Positions 1 to 8,168 of a stretch of DNA of 64,000 nt are shown piece after piece. This DNA is from Patescibacteria group bacterium (lineage in GTDB: Bacteria; Patescibacteriota; Patescibacteriia; PEXW01). Each line of letters starts with the position of its first letter. The stretch's first letter is position 1. The notes beneath the pieces were generated by a model, which worked only from the letters and a program-made list of their open reading frames with translations, searched no databases and was not told the DNA's origin. A program made the position numbers and the translations under genes. The stretch is taken from contig JBBTVB010000002.1 in assembly GCA_038063455.1 (NCBI GenBank), positions 65,296 to 129,295 of the forward strand, in the 5' to 3' direction.

Positions 1-124
1 GCAGAACAAAGAAATGCAGACACAAAGGTTGTGACCAAGCAGCGACTGCGTATACTCTTGTGGACGAAAATTATGCCCCAAGGTACCGCTAGCGCTACCT
101 GCACACCGAGGAATCGTTCTTTCC

Positions 125-154
125 GAAGTGAACCATACTTGTATGGTTCACTTC
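125..154. repeat. perfect 14-bp-stem palindrome GAAGTGAACCATAC-TT-GTATGGTTCACTTC
   Basis: read directly; no T-run, function unknown. Confidence 0.5.
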
Positions 155-258
155 TCACTATAGTCCACGATGTTCGCTGACTACAGTGAGAAAAAACCAA
201 ATAACCAAAACTAACCAAAGCCCTACCTGGTATAACCATTGGTAGGCAAGGAGAACTT

Positions 259-615
259 GTGAAAGCAGTATTGAACATTCTTGCAATTTTGTGCCTTGTA
301 GTCGCCACGGCAGTGAGCAGCATCCGTTGGATAACCAGTGAGATGATCTTCGCAGAAGAGGAAGCCTACGGTCAATTGTTACGCACAGGGATAGAAATCC
401 CAGTGGACTACTACGTTAACTCACCTGCAGTTGATCAATATTTACAACCGGTGCACGACAGCTTTGTTGTTGCATTGGTGGAGCTTCCAAACGGATTTTT
501 TTACATCCTGCTGCTTGTGCTGCTGGGTTTTGGAGCAGCATTAAAATGGGCAGAAATTTATATTGTACAGCGGGATCGCAAAATCGAAAGTTTGACTAGC
601 GCAGCGCGATCCTGA
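259..615 (+). CDS. hypothetical small membrane protein (118 aa)
   Basis: GTG-start ORF from track; hydrophobic N- and C-terminal helices; hairpin plus T-run follows at about 650-685; no family recognised. Confidence 0.4.
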   Translation: MKAVLNILAILCLVVATAVSSIRWITSEMIFAEEEAYGQLLRTGIEIPVDYYVNSPAVDQYLQPVHDSFVVALVELPNGFFYILLLVLLGFGAALKWAEIYIVQRDRKIESLTSAARS

Positions 616-867
616 AAAGCGCAGCTAAACAGCTGGCATCTTACAAAAAGGAGTGGTTGTTCAAAACGACCACTCCTCCATTTTCAAGCTCACGAAAAAT
701 CGCGGGCTTGTTGTGGAACTATCACATTGACTCACACAGGGCTAGGGGCCTTGCCGGGCACCTGGGTTTACCCAGAGGTTCTGTAAGCATGTTGGGCACT
801 CTTTCCCCCGCTGTTCCAAGCCCGTCGTGAGGAAATAAAATAACAGTAAACACAAGTGAGGTAGGTT

Positions 868-1749
868 ATGGTTCGGCTCGTTTCCAACTCGAGGAAGAGT
901 AGGTTTGGGCTAAGTGCTAGCATCCTTCTGTTGATCCATGGAGTGGCCTACTGGCACGACATTCCCTTTGAGTTCCTGCGGCTTGCGGTGGCGTACAATA
1001 CCCTTCTGGCGTATTGGTTTCTTAGTCCACCGGCCGTAGACAAGAAGTTCGGCTTATCCGTTCTTCTGCTCGCGGCAGTCAATGCTTTGCTCTTGTGGTG
1101 GAATACCATTGATCCGCTGGTTGTGGACATGGTCCCGCTCCTGGGCATTCCCCTCTACTGGCGTATACCACATTCTTGGCGGGAAATCGTCTGGGTTCGA
1201 ATGGGTTTACTTGGACTGGCCTGCGCCTTCGTAGGCCCGCGGCTGCTTGTCTACCCACCGGAACGCTTAGGTTGGGGGGTACCTTGGCAGACGAATATCT
1301 GGCCTGTCCTTGGGGTGACCATCGTTGGTGTATGCGTGCTTGCCTTCTTTGCTCGCAGGCGTGGGCCAGTAAAGTGGTGGACCCTCAACATGGGGCTGTC
1401 ATTCTTAACCTATCCTGCACTAGGATTTTTACAGCAATTTCTGATGCTTTCGTACATTAATGTACGGCTGGAAGATTTGCATGTACACCCTGTAGCAACG
1501 GCAGCGATTACTTCATTAGTATTCATGTCTATCCACACCCAAAAAAGGTTCTGGCTAGGCACTGGCGCCATGGGTTTCTGCTTCTCGCTCTTGTTCCAGT
1601 ACCAACCAAACTTCCCGCTCTTTGGGATAATTCATGGTTGGGTGGCGACCTTATTCTACTACTGGTGGCTTCAAGAAGACCCAATTGGCGGTATACTCAA
1701 AGCAATACCAAAGGCAATAGAAAAGGTGAGGAGGAAAAATGTACGCTAA
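868..1749 (+). CDS. polytopic membrane protein (293 aa), possibly a degenerate CPBP/CAAX-type intramembrane protease
   Basis: many hydrophobic segments; C-terminal FMSIH and IIHGW resemble CPBP motifs 2 and 3, but no clear EExxxR motif. Confidence 0.5.
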   Translation: MVRLVSNSRKSRFGLSASILLLIHGVAYWHDIPFEFLRLAVAYNTLLAYWFLSPPAVDKKFGLSVLLLAAVNALLLWWNTIDPLVVDMVPLLGIPLYWRIPHSWREIVWVRMGLLGLACAFVGPRLLVYPPERLGWGVPWQTNIWPVLGVTIVGVCVLAFFARRRGPVKWWTLNMGLSFLTYPALGFLQQFLMLSYINVRLEDLHVHPVATAAITSLVFMSIHTQKRFWLGTGAMGFCFSLLFQYQPNFPLFGIIHGWVATLFYYWWLQEDPIGGILKAIPKAIEKVRRKNVR

Positions 1750-1879
1750 CGTGATTATGATTCTGGTGATTATCCTGCTGGTGATTGCTGGGGCAGTCAT
1801 CTACCACTATCAAAAGAAGGGCTGGCAAAAAGGCTTTCATCTTCCAGAAGAACGCAGGCCAAAAAAGAAACGGCGCTAG
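1739..1879 (+). CDS. small single-TM protein (46 aa, MYANVIMILVIILLVIAGAVIYHYQKKGW...KKKRR)
   Basis: ATG preceded by AGGTGAGGAGG Shine-Dalgarno; overlaps the end of the previous ORF; below the ORF-track size cut-off; terminator follows. Confidence 0.4.
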   Translation: MYANVIMILVIILLVIAGAVIYHYQKKGWQKGFHLPEERRPKKKRR

Positions 1880-1909
1880 TTACGCTTGCATAACTGCTCA
1901 TTTCGAAGG

Positions 1910-1941
1910 CCCGCTGCACTTGTTGCACGGGTCTTTTTTTG
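1910..1941 (+). terminator. rho-independent terminator
   Basis: CCCGCTGCA...TGCACGGG stem followed by TCTTTTTTT. Confidence 0.6.
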
Positions 1942-1984
1942 TATTGACCCAGCACCGCTTTGTGGTACGCAAAGTTGTGTTGGG

Positions 1985-2013
1985 TTGACAGTCCTGCGCA
2001 GTATGCCTATACT
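1985..2013 (+). promoter_or_regulatory. sigma70-like promoter TTGACA-N17-TATACT
   Basis: consensus -35 hexamer, 17-nt spacer, near-consensus -10; sits just after a terminator and before a small ORF. Confidence 0.55.
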
Positions 2014-2126
2014 TGAGGGCTTTCAAAAGAGATATCGTTCTTTCCCAACCTGACAACGCGAGTGGTCTGGCGATTTTCGTCGAACCGCTCGACTACACGC
2101 CATCTCACCATAACCTTAACGTCCAT

Positions 2127-2321
2127 ATGACGTTACCTACTGGTTTGGAGGCAATGGGAGCCGGTGCGGTGCTCATGGGTTTTGCCCTGGCGCGCCCACA
2201 CCGGCATGTTCGTCGGCGTCGCCATATCCTGGCGCCGATCGGGTTGCTCATTGAGCTCCTGTTTTTCTACGGTGGTGTTTCCCTCGCGTTGTTTGGTTTG
2301 ATGGGCCTCTACGGCCAATAG
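2127..2321 (+). CDS. small two-TM protein (64 aa from first ATG of ORF 2013..2321)
   Basis: in-frame ATG; two hydrophobic helices separated by an RHRHVRRRRH loop; own promoter and terminator. Confidence 0.35.
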   Translation: MTLPTGLEAMGAGAVLMGFALARPHRHVRRRRHILAPIGLLIELLFFYGGVSLALFGLMGLYGQ

Positions 2322-2328
2322 CTATACA

Positions 2329-2359
2329 CCCCTGGTCTTCGGATCAGGGGTTTTCTTTT
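2329..2359 (+). terminator. rho-independent terminator
   Basis: CCCCTG-gtcttcggat-CAGGGG followed by TTTTCTTTT. Confidence 0.65.
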
Positions 2360-2446
2360 ACGCGCCGCATTGTTCAGGATTGGGAATACCCGTATACTCC
2401 AGGTAGCCAGGTCGAAGTTCACTTTAAAACGAAAGGTAAAAAACAT

Positions 2447-2644
2447 ATGTTTACCATTGCATGTAAAGACTTGGGCGTTGAATGCCCGCACGTATCAACT
2501 GGCGAAACAAAAGAGGCTGCCCTCGCCGCCGGTATGGCACATGTCAAAGAAGTACACATGGCCGACCCGAAGGTCATGGAAATGATGACTATGCCAGAAG
2601 ACAAGATGATGGAATTGGGCATGAGCATGGTGAAAGAAGGCTAG
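2447..2644 (+). CDS. DUF1059-family small protein (65 aa)
   Basis: MFTIACKDLGVECPHVSTGETKEAALAAGMAHVKEVH fits the DUF1059 pattern (C-x-D-x-G-x-x-C ... GET-EE ... H). Confidence 0.75.
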   Translation: MFTIACKDLGVECPHVSTGETKEAALAAGMAHVKEVHMADPKVMEMMTMPEDKMMELGMSMVKEG

Positions 2645-2661
2645 CGTTCTCTCCCAAAAAA

Positions 2662-2695
2662 ATCCCCAGAACTACTGGGGATTTTTGATTTTCTT
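2662..2695. terminator. bidirectional rho-independent terminator
   Basis: ATCCCCAG-aacta-CTGGGGAT with an A-run upstream and TTTTGATTTT downstream. Confidence 0.7.
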
Positions 2696-2705
2696 TTGGA
2701 TTAGT

Positions 2706-2867
2706 CACCCGTTCGATTCCCCCAATCCGGGGCCCCCACGAAGTTGGCGCGCAACGCAGTGAGCACGACTTCGTGGGGTTAAGCGAGGCTTCGCATCGAG
2801 AGCGGAGCTTTTACCGGTCACGGCAAAACGCAGCTCGACGTGCGAAACGAGCTGGTAGCGCCAAGGG
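2706..2867 (-). repeat. tandem repeat copy 1 (162 nt; period 221 nt)
   Basis: 161/162 identical to 2927..3088 (only A2813 vs G3034); ends with the last 15 nt of tRNA-Glu (CCCTTGGCGCTACCA, minus strand). Confidence 0.95.
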
Positions 2868-2930
2868 CCTGCCTGCCGGCAGGCAGGGAATCGCCCCTGA
2901 CGGGGCCGGGGTGCTACGCATGCTCGCACC
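2853..2930 (-). pseudogene. tRNA-Glu remnant: 3' acceptor/CCA end retained, body replaced by three GC hairpins
   Basis: occupies the position of tRNA-Glu in the other repeat unit; keeps CCCTTGGCGCTACCA and a GGGAATCG-CCCC T-arm trace; 20-nt palindrome CCTGCCTGCCGGCAGGCAGG inserted at the acceptor/T-stem junction; no cloverleaf. Confidence 0.55.
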
Positions 2931-2933
2931 CGT
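2906..2933. repeat. G-first hairpin motif copy A (CCGGGGTGCT-N8-TCGCACCCGT)
   Basis: shares both arms with 17670..17698 and 18353..18380. Confidence 0.7.
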
Positions 2934-3088
2934 TCGATTCCCCCAATCCGGGGCCCCCACGAAGTTGGCGCGCAACGCAGTGAGCACGACTTCGTGGGGT
3001 TAAGCGAGGCTTCGCATCGAGAGCGGAGCTTTTGCCGGTCACGGCAAAACGCAGCTCGACGTGCGAAACGAGCTGGTAGCGCCAAGGG
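2927..3088 (-). repeat. tandem repeat copy 2 (162 nt), overlapping the 3' end of tRNA-Glu
   Basis: see copy 1; contains an 11-bp stem CCCCACGAAGT/ACTTCGTGGGG, TTTGCCG-GTCA-CGGCAAA, and a GTTCGATTCCCC segment that is an inverted copy of the tRNA-Glu T-arm. Confidence 0.95.
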
Positions 3089-3148
3089 GAATCGAACCCC
3101 TATTTCTTGGATGAGAACCAAGTGTCCTAACCGGTAGACGATGGCGCC
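3074..3148 (-). tRNA. tRNA-Glu (anticodon CUC), CCA encoded
   Basis: manual cloverleaf: GGCGCCA/TGGCGCT acceptor (G1-U72), GTCT/GGAC D-stem, CTTGG-TTCTCAT-CCAAG anticodon arm, AGGGG-TTCGATT-CCCCT T-arm, ACCA. Confidence 0.9.
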
Positions 3149-3243
3149 CTAATATCTAAAAACGTGCAAATATGAGCCTACCTAATTACTCCCTAAGTAT
3201 CAAGAGTTACAACTTCGCAGCTAATTTAACAATTTTTGCAGAA

Positions 3244-3486
3244 TTATGGCAACGCTCGGAGTGCCAATACGTAAACCAAAACAGACAAAACTTGTAAGGC
3301 AATAAAACTCATGATTGGTATCGTGACATTTAATACTGGTTCTAATGTATTAACAGAAGTGCGTTGGAGATTAATTTTAAGTACAAACAACGCTATAATG
3401 CTTAAAGGGTAAAGGGGGTACTGAAAAAAATTAATAATATTTTCAGCGATACTCTGTGAATCGCTACATCCAAGGCTGGCGTACAC
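3244..3486 (-). CDS. hypothetical membrane protein fragment (80 aa), in frame with 3541..3882 across one TAA
   Basis: AT-rich ORF; hydrophobic; the frame continues from the upstream ORF after a single stop. Confidence 0.3.
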   Translation of the reverse strand: MYASLGCSDSQSIAENIINFFQYPLYPLSIIALFVLKINLQRTSVNTLEPVLNVTIPIMSFIALQVLSVLVYVLALRALP

Positions 3487-3540
3487 AGGGTTGGCCCCAG
3501 TAATACTTGCAAAAAAATCAATTATGCTAAATGCACTAAC

Positions 3541-3882
3541 TTACGACTTACTCAATAGAAAAGGTAATACCATGATTATAATCGACATTCCTGCTAACCA
3601 ATAGACTATCGAAAGTACAGGAGACCACAAAATTTTGTACTTAGAAAAATACTCACGTAATTTTTTTCTTGGCCACAGAAGCCATAGAAGAATAAACCAT
3701 GCTACTGTTAGCATCAAAAAAAATACGCTTCCTGTCAAATAAGAAGGTGGGCAAGCAGTGGTATCGCCTACATTTTCAATAGTTAATCCGAAAACCTTAC
3801 TCGGAAACATTGTGACTCCTAATATGCAAAAGGAACTTAAAATAATTGTCTTTTGAGCTAACAAGAAATATTTATTAGTCAT
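3541..3882 (-). CDS. hypothetical membrane protein (113 aa)
   Basis: N-terminal signal/TM helix plus two further TM helices; AT-rich island next to tRNA-Glu. Confidence 0.45.
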   Translation of the reverse strand: MTNKYFLLAQKTIILSSFCILGVTMFPSKVFGLTIENVGDTTACPPSYLTGSVFFLMLTVAWFILLWLLWPRKKLREYFSKYKILWSPVLSIVYWLAGMSIIIMVLPFLLSKS

Positions 3883-3898
3883 ACAAATTTGTATTTTG

Positions 3899-4888
3899 TT
3901 ACAACTTCGCGGCCAGCTCTACCAGCCGGTTGGAATAGCCCCACTCGTTGTCGTACCACGCCAGTACGCGGACCAGGTTGCCGTTCACTTGGGTGGAGAG
4001 CCCATCCACAATGGCCGAGTGCGGATTGTCCACGATGTCTGACGATACTAAAGGTTCCATGGAAAATTCCATGATGTTCTTCAGCTTGGACTCTGCAGCT
4101 TTCTTGAGCGCGGCGTTTACTTCGGCGGCGTCGCGTGGCGCGCGCTTGGCAACGAACACAAAGTCGGTAATCGACCCGCAGGGCGTGGGCACGCGCAGGC
4201 TAATCCCCTGCATGCGGTCTTTTAACGTAGGCACGGTTTGAGCCGCGGCCTTGGTGGCGCCGGTGGTGGTGGGGATAATATTAAGCGCAGCCGATCGGGC
4301 GCGGCGCAAGTCTTTGTGCGGTAAATCGAGGATGCGCTGGTCGTTAGTATAGGAATGGATGGTATTCATCATGCCCCGTTCAATCCCGAACGTTTGCTCC
4401 ATAACCAATGCCACGGGCGAGAGGGAATTCGTGGTGCAGGAAGCATTGGAAATAACCTTGGGCTTGGTTTTGAGCACGTGGTCGTTCACGCCCAGCACCA
4501 CGGTTGCATCTGGGTCGTCGGCCGGGGCGGAAATAATGACTTGTTTAGCGCCAGCTTGCAGGTGCAGCGCCGCCTGGTCCCGCTTGGTAAACACGCCTGT
4601 GCATTCCAGCACCACATCAACTTTGAGTTTTGCCCATGGCAACTTGGTGGGATCTTTTTCCGCAAACACCTGCATGCTGTGCTTGCCAACAGTAATCGTC
4701 TGGCCTTTTACCTTCACGTCCTCAGCCAGCACACCATGCACCGAATCGTACTTCAACAGGTGCGCGTTAGTCGCCGCGTCAGTAAGGTCGTTTACCGCCA
4801 CAAAGGTTAATTTTGCATTGCGCAGGCCGGCACGAACCGCCATGCGGCCAATGCGACCAAAACCGTTAATTGCTACGCGGGTAGGCAT
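3899..4888 (-). CDS. gap: glyceraldehyde-3-phosphate dehydrogenase, type I
   Basis: INGFGRIGR NAD motif, SNASCTTN active-site motif, WYDNEWGYS C-terminus. Confidence 0.97.
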   Translation of the reverse strand: MPTRVAINGFGRIGRMAVRAGLRNAKLTFVAVNDLTDAATNAHLLKYDSVHGVLAEDVKVKGQTITVGKHSMQVFAEKDPTKLPWAKLKVDVVLECTGVFTKRDQAALHLQAGAKQVIISAPADDPDATVVLGVNDHVLKTKPKVISNASCTTNSLSPVALVMEQTFGIERGMMNTIHSYTNDQRILDLPHKDLRRARSAALNIIPTTTGATKAAAQTVPTLKDRMQGISLRVPTPCGSITDFVFVAKRAPRDAAEVNAALKKAAESKLKNIMEFSMEPLVSSDIVDNPHSAIVDGLSTQVNGNLVRVLAWYDNEWGYSNRLVELAAKL

Positions 4889-4909
4889 GTGTGTAGGGTA
4901 AAAGAAGAG

Positions 4910-5788
4910 TTAAATATTGGCTTTGCCGGTGCTACCAAGCGCGCGCAACTTGCTGGCGACCAGTTCTTGAATTGCAACCATGCCTGGCTTAAAAATAATG
5001 CGCGGATCATATGCATCGGGGTCGCTCTTTAGGGTATTACGCAGTGCATCGACAAAAGCTAGCTTGAGCTCAGTGTTCATGTTGACCACCCGGATGCCGT
5101 GCTGAATGGCTTCTTTCAAAGACGCGGCACTCACCCCAGAAGCGCCGTGCAGCACCAAGGGCGTGTGCGGAATAGCTTGGCCAATCTCATCCAGCCGATC
5201 CAGGTCCAGGCTGTGGGTAGCGCCTTTGCGCATTTTCACCACCCCGTGCACGTTCCCCACTGCCACGGCCAGGGTATCCACGCCCGTGTCGGCCACAAAC
5301 TTTTTGGCTTCTTCCGGCTTGGTCATAAACGGCTCGCGTTCGACTAGGGTCATGGCTTCTTCCAGACCTTTCACCACGCCGAGCTCCCCTTGCACCCACA
5401 CTTCTTTGCGGTGCGCGTAGTCCACGGCTTGCTTGGTAAGAATAACATTCTCTTGCATGGGCATGTCTGACGCATCAATCATGATGGAAGAAAACCCAGC
5501 TTGCACGCAGGCGGCCACGCTGCGGAACGACTTGCCGTGGTCCAGATGGAGCGCGACCGGAATTGCACCGGCTTCGTCCCGCGCCACGTGCTCGACAATG
5601 CTGGTGATGACTTTCAAACCAGCGTAGGCAATGGTATTTTCGGAAACTTGCAAAATGACTGGGGATTTTTCCTGCACGGCCGCGCGCACCACGGCCAGCG
5701 TGGTTTCCACATTCTCCACGTTAAAGGCGCCAACGGCGTAGTCGCGGGCGATGGCATCGTGTATGAGCTCTTTAATGTGCGTGAGCAT
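4910..5788 (-). CDS. fba: fructose-bisphosphate aldolase, class II
   Basis: GAFNV, HLDHG, VLHGASG motifs of class II FBA. Confidence 0.93.
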   Translation of the reverse strand: MLTHIKELIHDAIARDYAVGAFNVENVETTLAVVRAAVQEKSPVILQVSENTIAYAGLKVITSIVEHVARDEAGAIPVALHLDHGKSFRSVAACVQAGFSSIMIDASDMPMQENVILTKQAVDYAHRKEVWVQGELGVVKGLEEAMTLVEREPFMTKPEEAKKFVADTGVDTLAVAVGNVHGVVKMRKGATHSLDLDRLDEIGQAIPHTPLVLHGASGVSAASLKEAIQHGIRVVNMNTELKLAFVDALRNTLKSDPDAYDPRIIFKPGMVAIQELVASKLRALGSTGKANI

Positions 5789-5791
5789 AGG

Positions 5792-6541
5792 TTAAATGAG
5801 TTGCGTAATGAGCTGCTTGAACGTGGTGGGATTCAGGCTGGAGCCACCCACGAGCACGCCGGCGATGGCGTCGCTATCCACAAACGACGCAACGTTGATG
5901 GGCGTGGTGCTGCCGCCGTACAAAATCGGCACGCTGTCGGCACCAGTGGGCAGCACTTCGCGCAAGGTGCTGCGAATAATGCGCGCCATGGTAAATGCGT
6001 CACTAGGCTCGATAGACTGGCCGGTGCCAATGGCCCACACCGGTTCGTACGCCACAATCAGTGAAAGGGAGGGGAAAGCACTCAAGAGCTCCACCCCACG
6101 GGTAACTTGTTCCAGCACCACCACTTCGTGTTGCTGTTTGCTGCGCTGCTCGTAGGTTTCGCCCACGCAGAGCACGGGCGTAATGCCGTGGGCCACAGCC
6201 TGCTGCACCTTGCGACTAACGTCATGGTCGGTTTCGTGGAAGTGCGCGCGCCGCTCGGAGTGGCCGCACAGCACGACGCTACAGCCCAAATCGACGAGCA
6301 TATCCATGGAGGTCTCGCCCGTGAACGCGCCATGCTCTTCCCAGTGCGCGTTCTGTGCGCCCCAACGAATAGGTGTGCCGCGCAGAGCTTCGGCGACCGC
6401 TGGAATAACCGACGCCGCCGGGCAAATAGTCACGCTCGCCGAGTGCAGCAGCTGCTGGCCTTGCAGCAACGTATCCATGAACACCATAGCTTCTTTGCTA
6501 TTCATGTTCATTTTCCAATTGCCAATGACGATAGGCTTCAT
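5792..6541 (-). CDS. tpiA: triosephosphate isomerase
   Basis: GNWKMN, GHSERR, AYEPVWAIGTG motifs. Confidence 0.96.
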   Translation of the reverse strand: MKPIVIGNWKMNMNSKEAMVFMDTLLQGQQLLHSASVTICPAASVIPAVAEALRGTPIRWGAQNAHWEEHGAFTGETSMDMLVDLGCSVVLCGHSERRAHFHETDHDVSRKVQQAVAHGITPVLCVGETYEQRSKQQHEVVVLEQVTRGVELLSAFPSLSLIVAYEPVWAIGTGQSIEPSDAFTMARIIRSTLREVLPTGADSVPILYGGSTTPINVASFVDSDAIAGVLVGGSSLNPTTFKQLITQLI

Positions 6542-6642
6542 GATTTTGGAAGAGTTATAAGGATAAAGGAATGGAAGTAAGTAAGGTCAGAAGGTATGGA
6601 AGGAGGTGGGAATGCATCTTACTAGCATCCATCCCCATTACC

Positions 6643-7632
6643 TTATGACTTTACCACCTGCCAGACGTGTGCGCCAAAACCCCAGCGGAGCAACGCGTCG
6701 GCGTCGGCAAAACGGTCGTCCGACGTAGGCGACCCGAGCAACACGAGCAGGAGCTCGTGACCATCGACCTGCGCTTGCACCGCTAGGTTGTACCCGGCCT
6801 CATCGAGAAAACCGGTTTTTGCTGCAACAATGGTGTACCCCGAATCGTGCACGAGTTCGCTCGTGGTCTGCACCACAAAACTGCGGCTGCCAGTGCGTAC
6901 TCGATAACTCGTCTGGCCAGCAAATTCTCGAAGCGTCGGGTTGCTAAACGCAGTATGGGCCAGCACCGCAACATCCTGCGCCGAACCAACATTTCCCGCT
7001 GCTAGCCCAGAGCCCTCTACCACCTGCACAGTACGGGCGCCTTGGGCCACAGCAAACTGCTGTAACCGGCCGGCAAACAAACCTGCGGTCCGGGCCAACG
7101 CCAGCACCGCATTATTCGCGCTGCCAATAATACTGGCGGCGAGCAAGTCTTTGTAGGTCACCCGTTCTCCTACACGCACGTCCAGCTTGCTCACCCCAGT
7201 GCCGGGTTCCACCACGTTGGTAATGTCATTGGTATGGAAGTCAGCAGGAATAGTGTACGCGGCCTCGAGCCGTGGTGCCGTTGCCAGGTACGCGCTGGTG
7301 GTTATGAGTTTGGTAAGGCTTGCCAGTGGGCGCACGGCAGTACGGTTGCGTTCCCACACAATTGTTCCGGTTTCGACATCGAGCAAAATGCCAGCCGGGG
7401 CAGTAATCGTCGGGCTGGCCGCCGAGCCAGAGAGCCGCACGGGTGCCACCCACTGTTCGGCAAACGCACCCGCAACTGCTGGCTGGCTGCTCTGCAGTTG
7501 TGGGTAGGCAATAAAAACGTAACTCATAACCATACACGCCGACACCATGCCACCAACCATAAAGGTAGCAAGCGTAAGCAACACGTGGTTGCGTCTAGAC
7601 AGCGGGGAGATTTTCTTCTTGTGGGTTGGCAT
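6643..7632 (-). CDS. D-alanyl-D-alanine carboxypeptidase (serine peptidase S11, PBP5/6-like)
   Basis: N-terminal TM anchor; SLTK (SxxK), SAN (SxN) and KTG motifs. Confidence 0.85.
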   Translation of the reverse strand: MPTHKKKISPLSRRNHVLLTLATFMVGGMVSACMVMSYVFIAYPQLQSSQPAVAGAFAEQWVAPVRLSGSAASPTITAPAGILLDVETGTIVWERNRTAVRPLASLTKLITTSAYLATAPRLEAAYTIPADFHTNDITNVVEPGTGVSKLDVRVGERVTYKDLLAASIIGSANNAVLALARTAGLFAGRLQQFAVAQGARTVQVVEGSGLAAGNVGSAQDVAVLAHTAFSNPTLREFAGQTSYRVRTGSRSFVVQTTSELVHDSGYTIVAAKTGFLDEAGYNLAVQAQVDGHELLLVLLGSPTSDDRFADADALLRWGFGAHVWQVVKS

Positions 7633-8161
7633 CGGGGTTGAGCAGCTTCAATAAAGTTTCGTGGTCGTGAAGCTTGAGGTAGTCCGGGAGTTCGTCCACC
7701 TTGGCCAGGCCCAGGAAGCGGACAAAGTCGTGCGTTACCTGATATACGGTCGTGGCTTTGGTTTTGTCGTACGCAGCTTCCACCAAACCACGAATCAACA
7801 GGTTACGCAGGATGAGACTGCAGTTGACGCCGCGAATTTGCTCGAGCTCGGCTTTGGTCACCGGGCCGCGGTACGCCGCGATAGTGAGTGTTTCCAAGCT
7901 CGGCTTCGTCAGCTCGCTCGATACTTCTTCTTTCGCATAGGCCTGGGCCAGGCTGCGCACGTCTGGGTGCGTCACCATTTGGTAGCTGTCGCTTGCCTTC
8001 TGTAGAAGCAGGCCACTCGAACGAGATTCGTATTGCGTCACGAGCGCATCGGCGGCTTTTTCAACGTCAGTCTTTTTTGCCTCGGTGAGTTCGCAAAGTT
8101 TCTTTACCGAGAGCGGCCGGCCGGCCAGGAAGAGTAAAGCTTCAATTTTTTGCTCGAGCAT
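7595..8161 (-). CDS. scpB: segregation and condensation protein B
   Basis: KIEALLFLAGRPLSVKKL and RGPVTKAELEQIRGV winged-helix motifs; start taken at the ATG (the ORF-track start at 8206 is TTG). Confidence 0.85.
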   Translation of the reverse strand: MLEQKIEALLFLAGRPLSVKKLCELTEAKKTDVEKAADALVTQYESRSSGLLLQKASDSYQMVTHPDVRSLAQAYAKEEVSSELTKPSLETLTIAAYRGPVTKAELEQIRGVNCSLILRNLLIRGLVEAAYDKTKATTVYQVTHDFVRFLGLAKVDELPDYLKLHDHETLLKLLNPDANPQEENLPAV

Positions 8162-8168
8162 AAAAGGG

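Noticed and set aside
2711-2960. Plus-strand tRNA suggested by GTTCGATTCCCC T-loop-like strings at 2711 and 2932
   Set aside because: No complementary T-stem, acceptor stem or anticodon arm can be drawn. It is better explained as an inverted fragment of the tRNA-Glu T-arm inside the repeat.
2706-3088. Possible CRISPR array
   Set aside because: There are only two copies of a 162-nt unit separated by 59 nt. There is no short repeat/spacer periodicity and no cas genes in the window.
2705-3121. 138-aa minus-strand ORF (and the 76-aa plus-strand ORF 2773..3003) spanning the tandem repeat
   Set aside because: It runs through the tRNA-Glu gene and both repeat copies. The open frame is explained by high GC and repeat structure, so it is not treated as coding.
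3541-3543. Stop-codon reassignment (alternative genetic code) suggested by the in-frame TAA
   Set aside because: All recognisable genes in the window terminate normally with TAA, TAG or TGA under the standard bacterial code, and none needs read-through. A pseudogene or two small genes is the simpler explanation.
4490-6130. Additional CCCAGCACCAC / CCAGCACCAC strings inside gap and tpiA
   Set aside because: They lie in conserved coding sequence (for example VVLG in GAPDH) and have no partner arm, so they are coincidental rather than members of the hairpin family.
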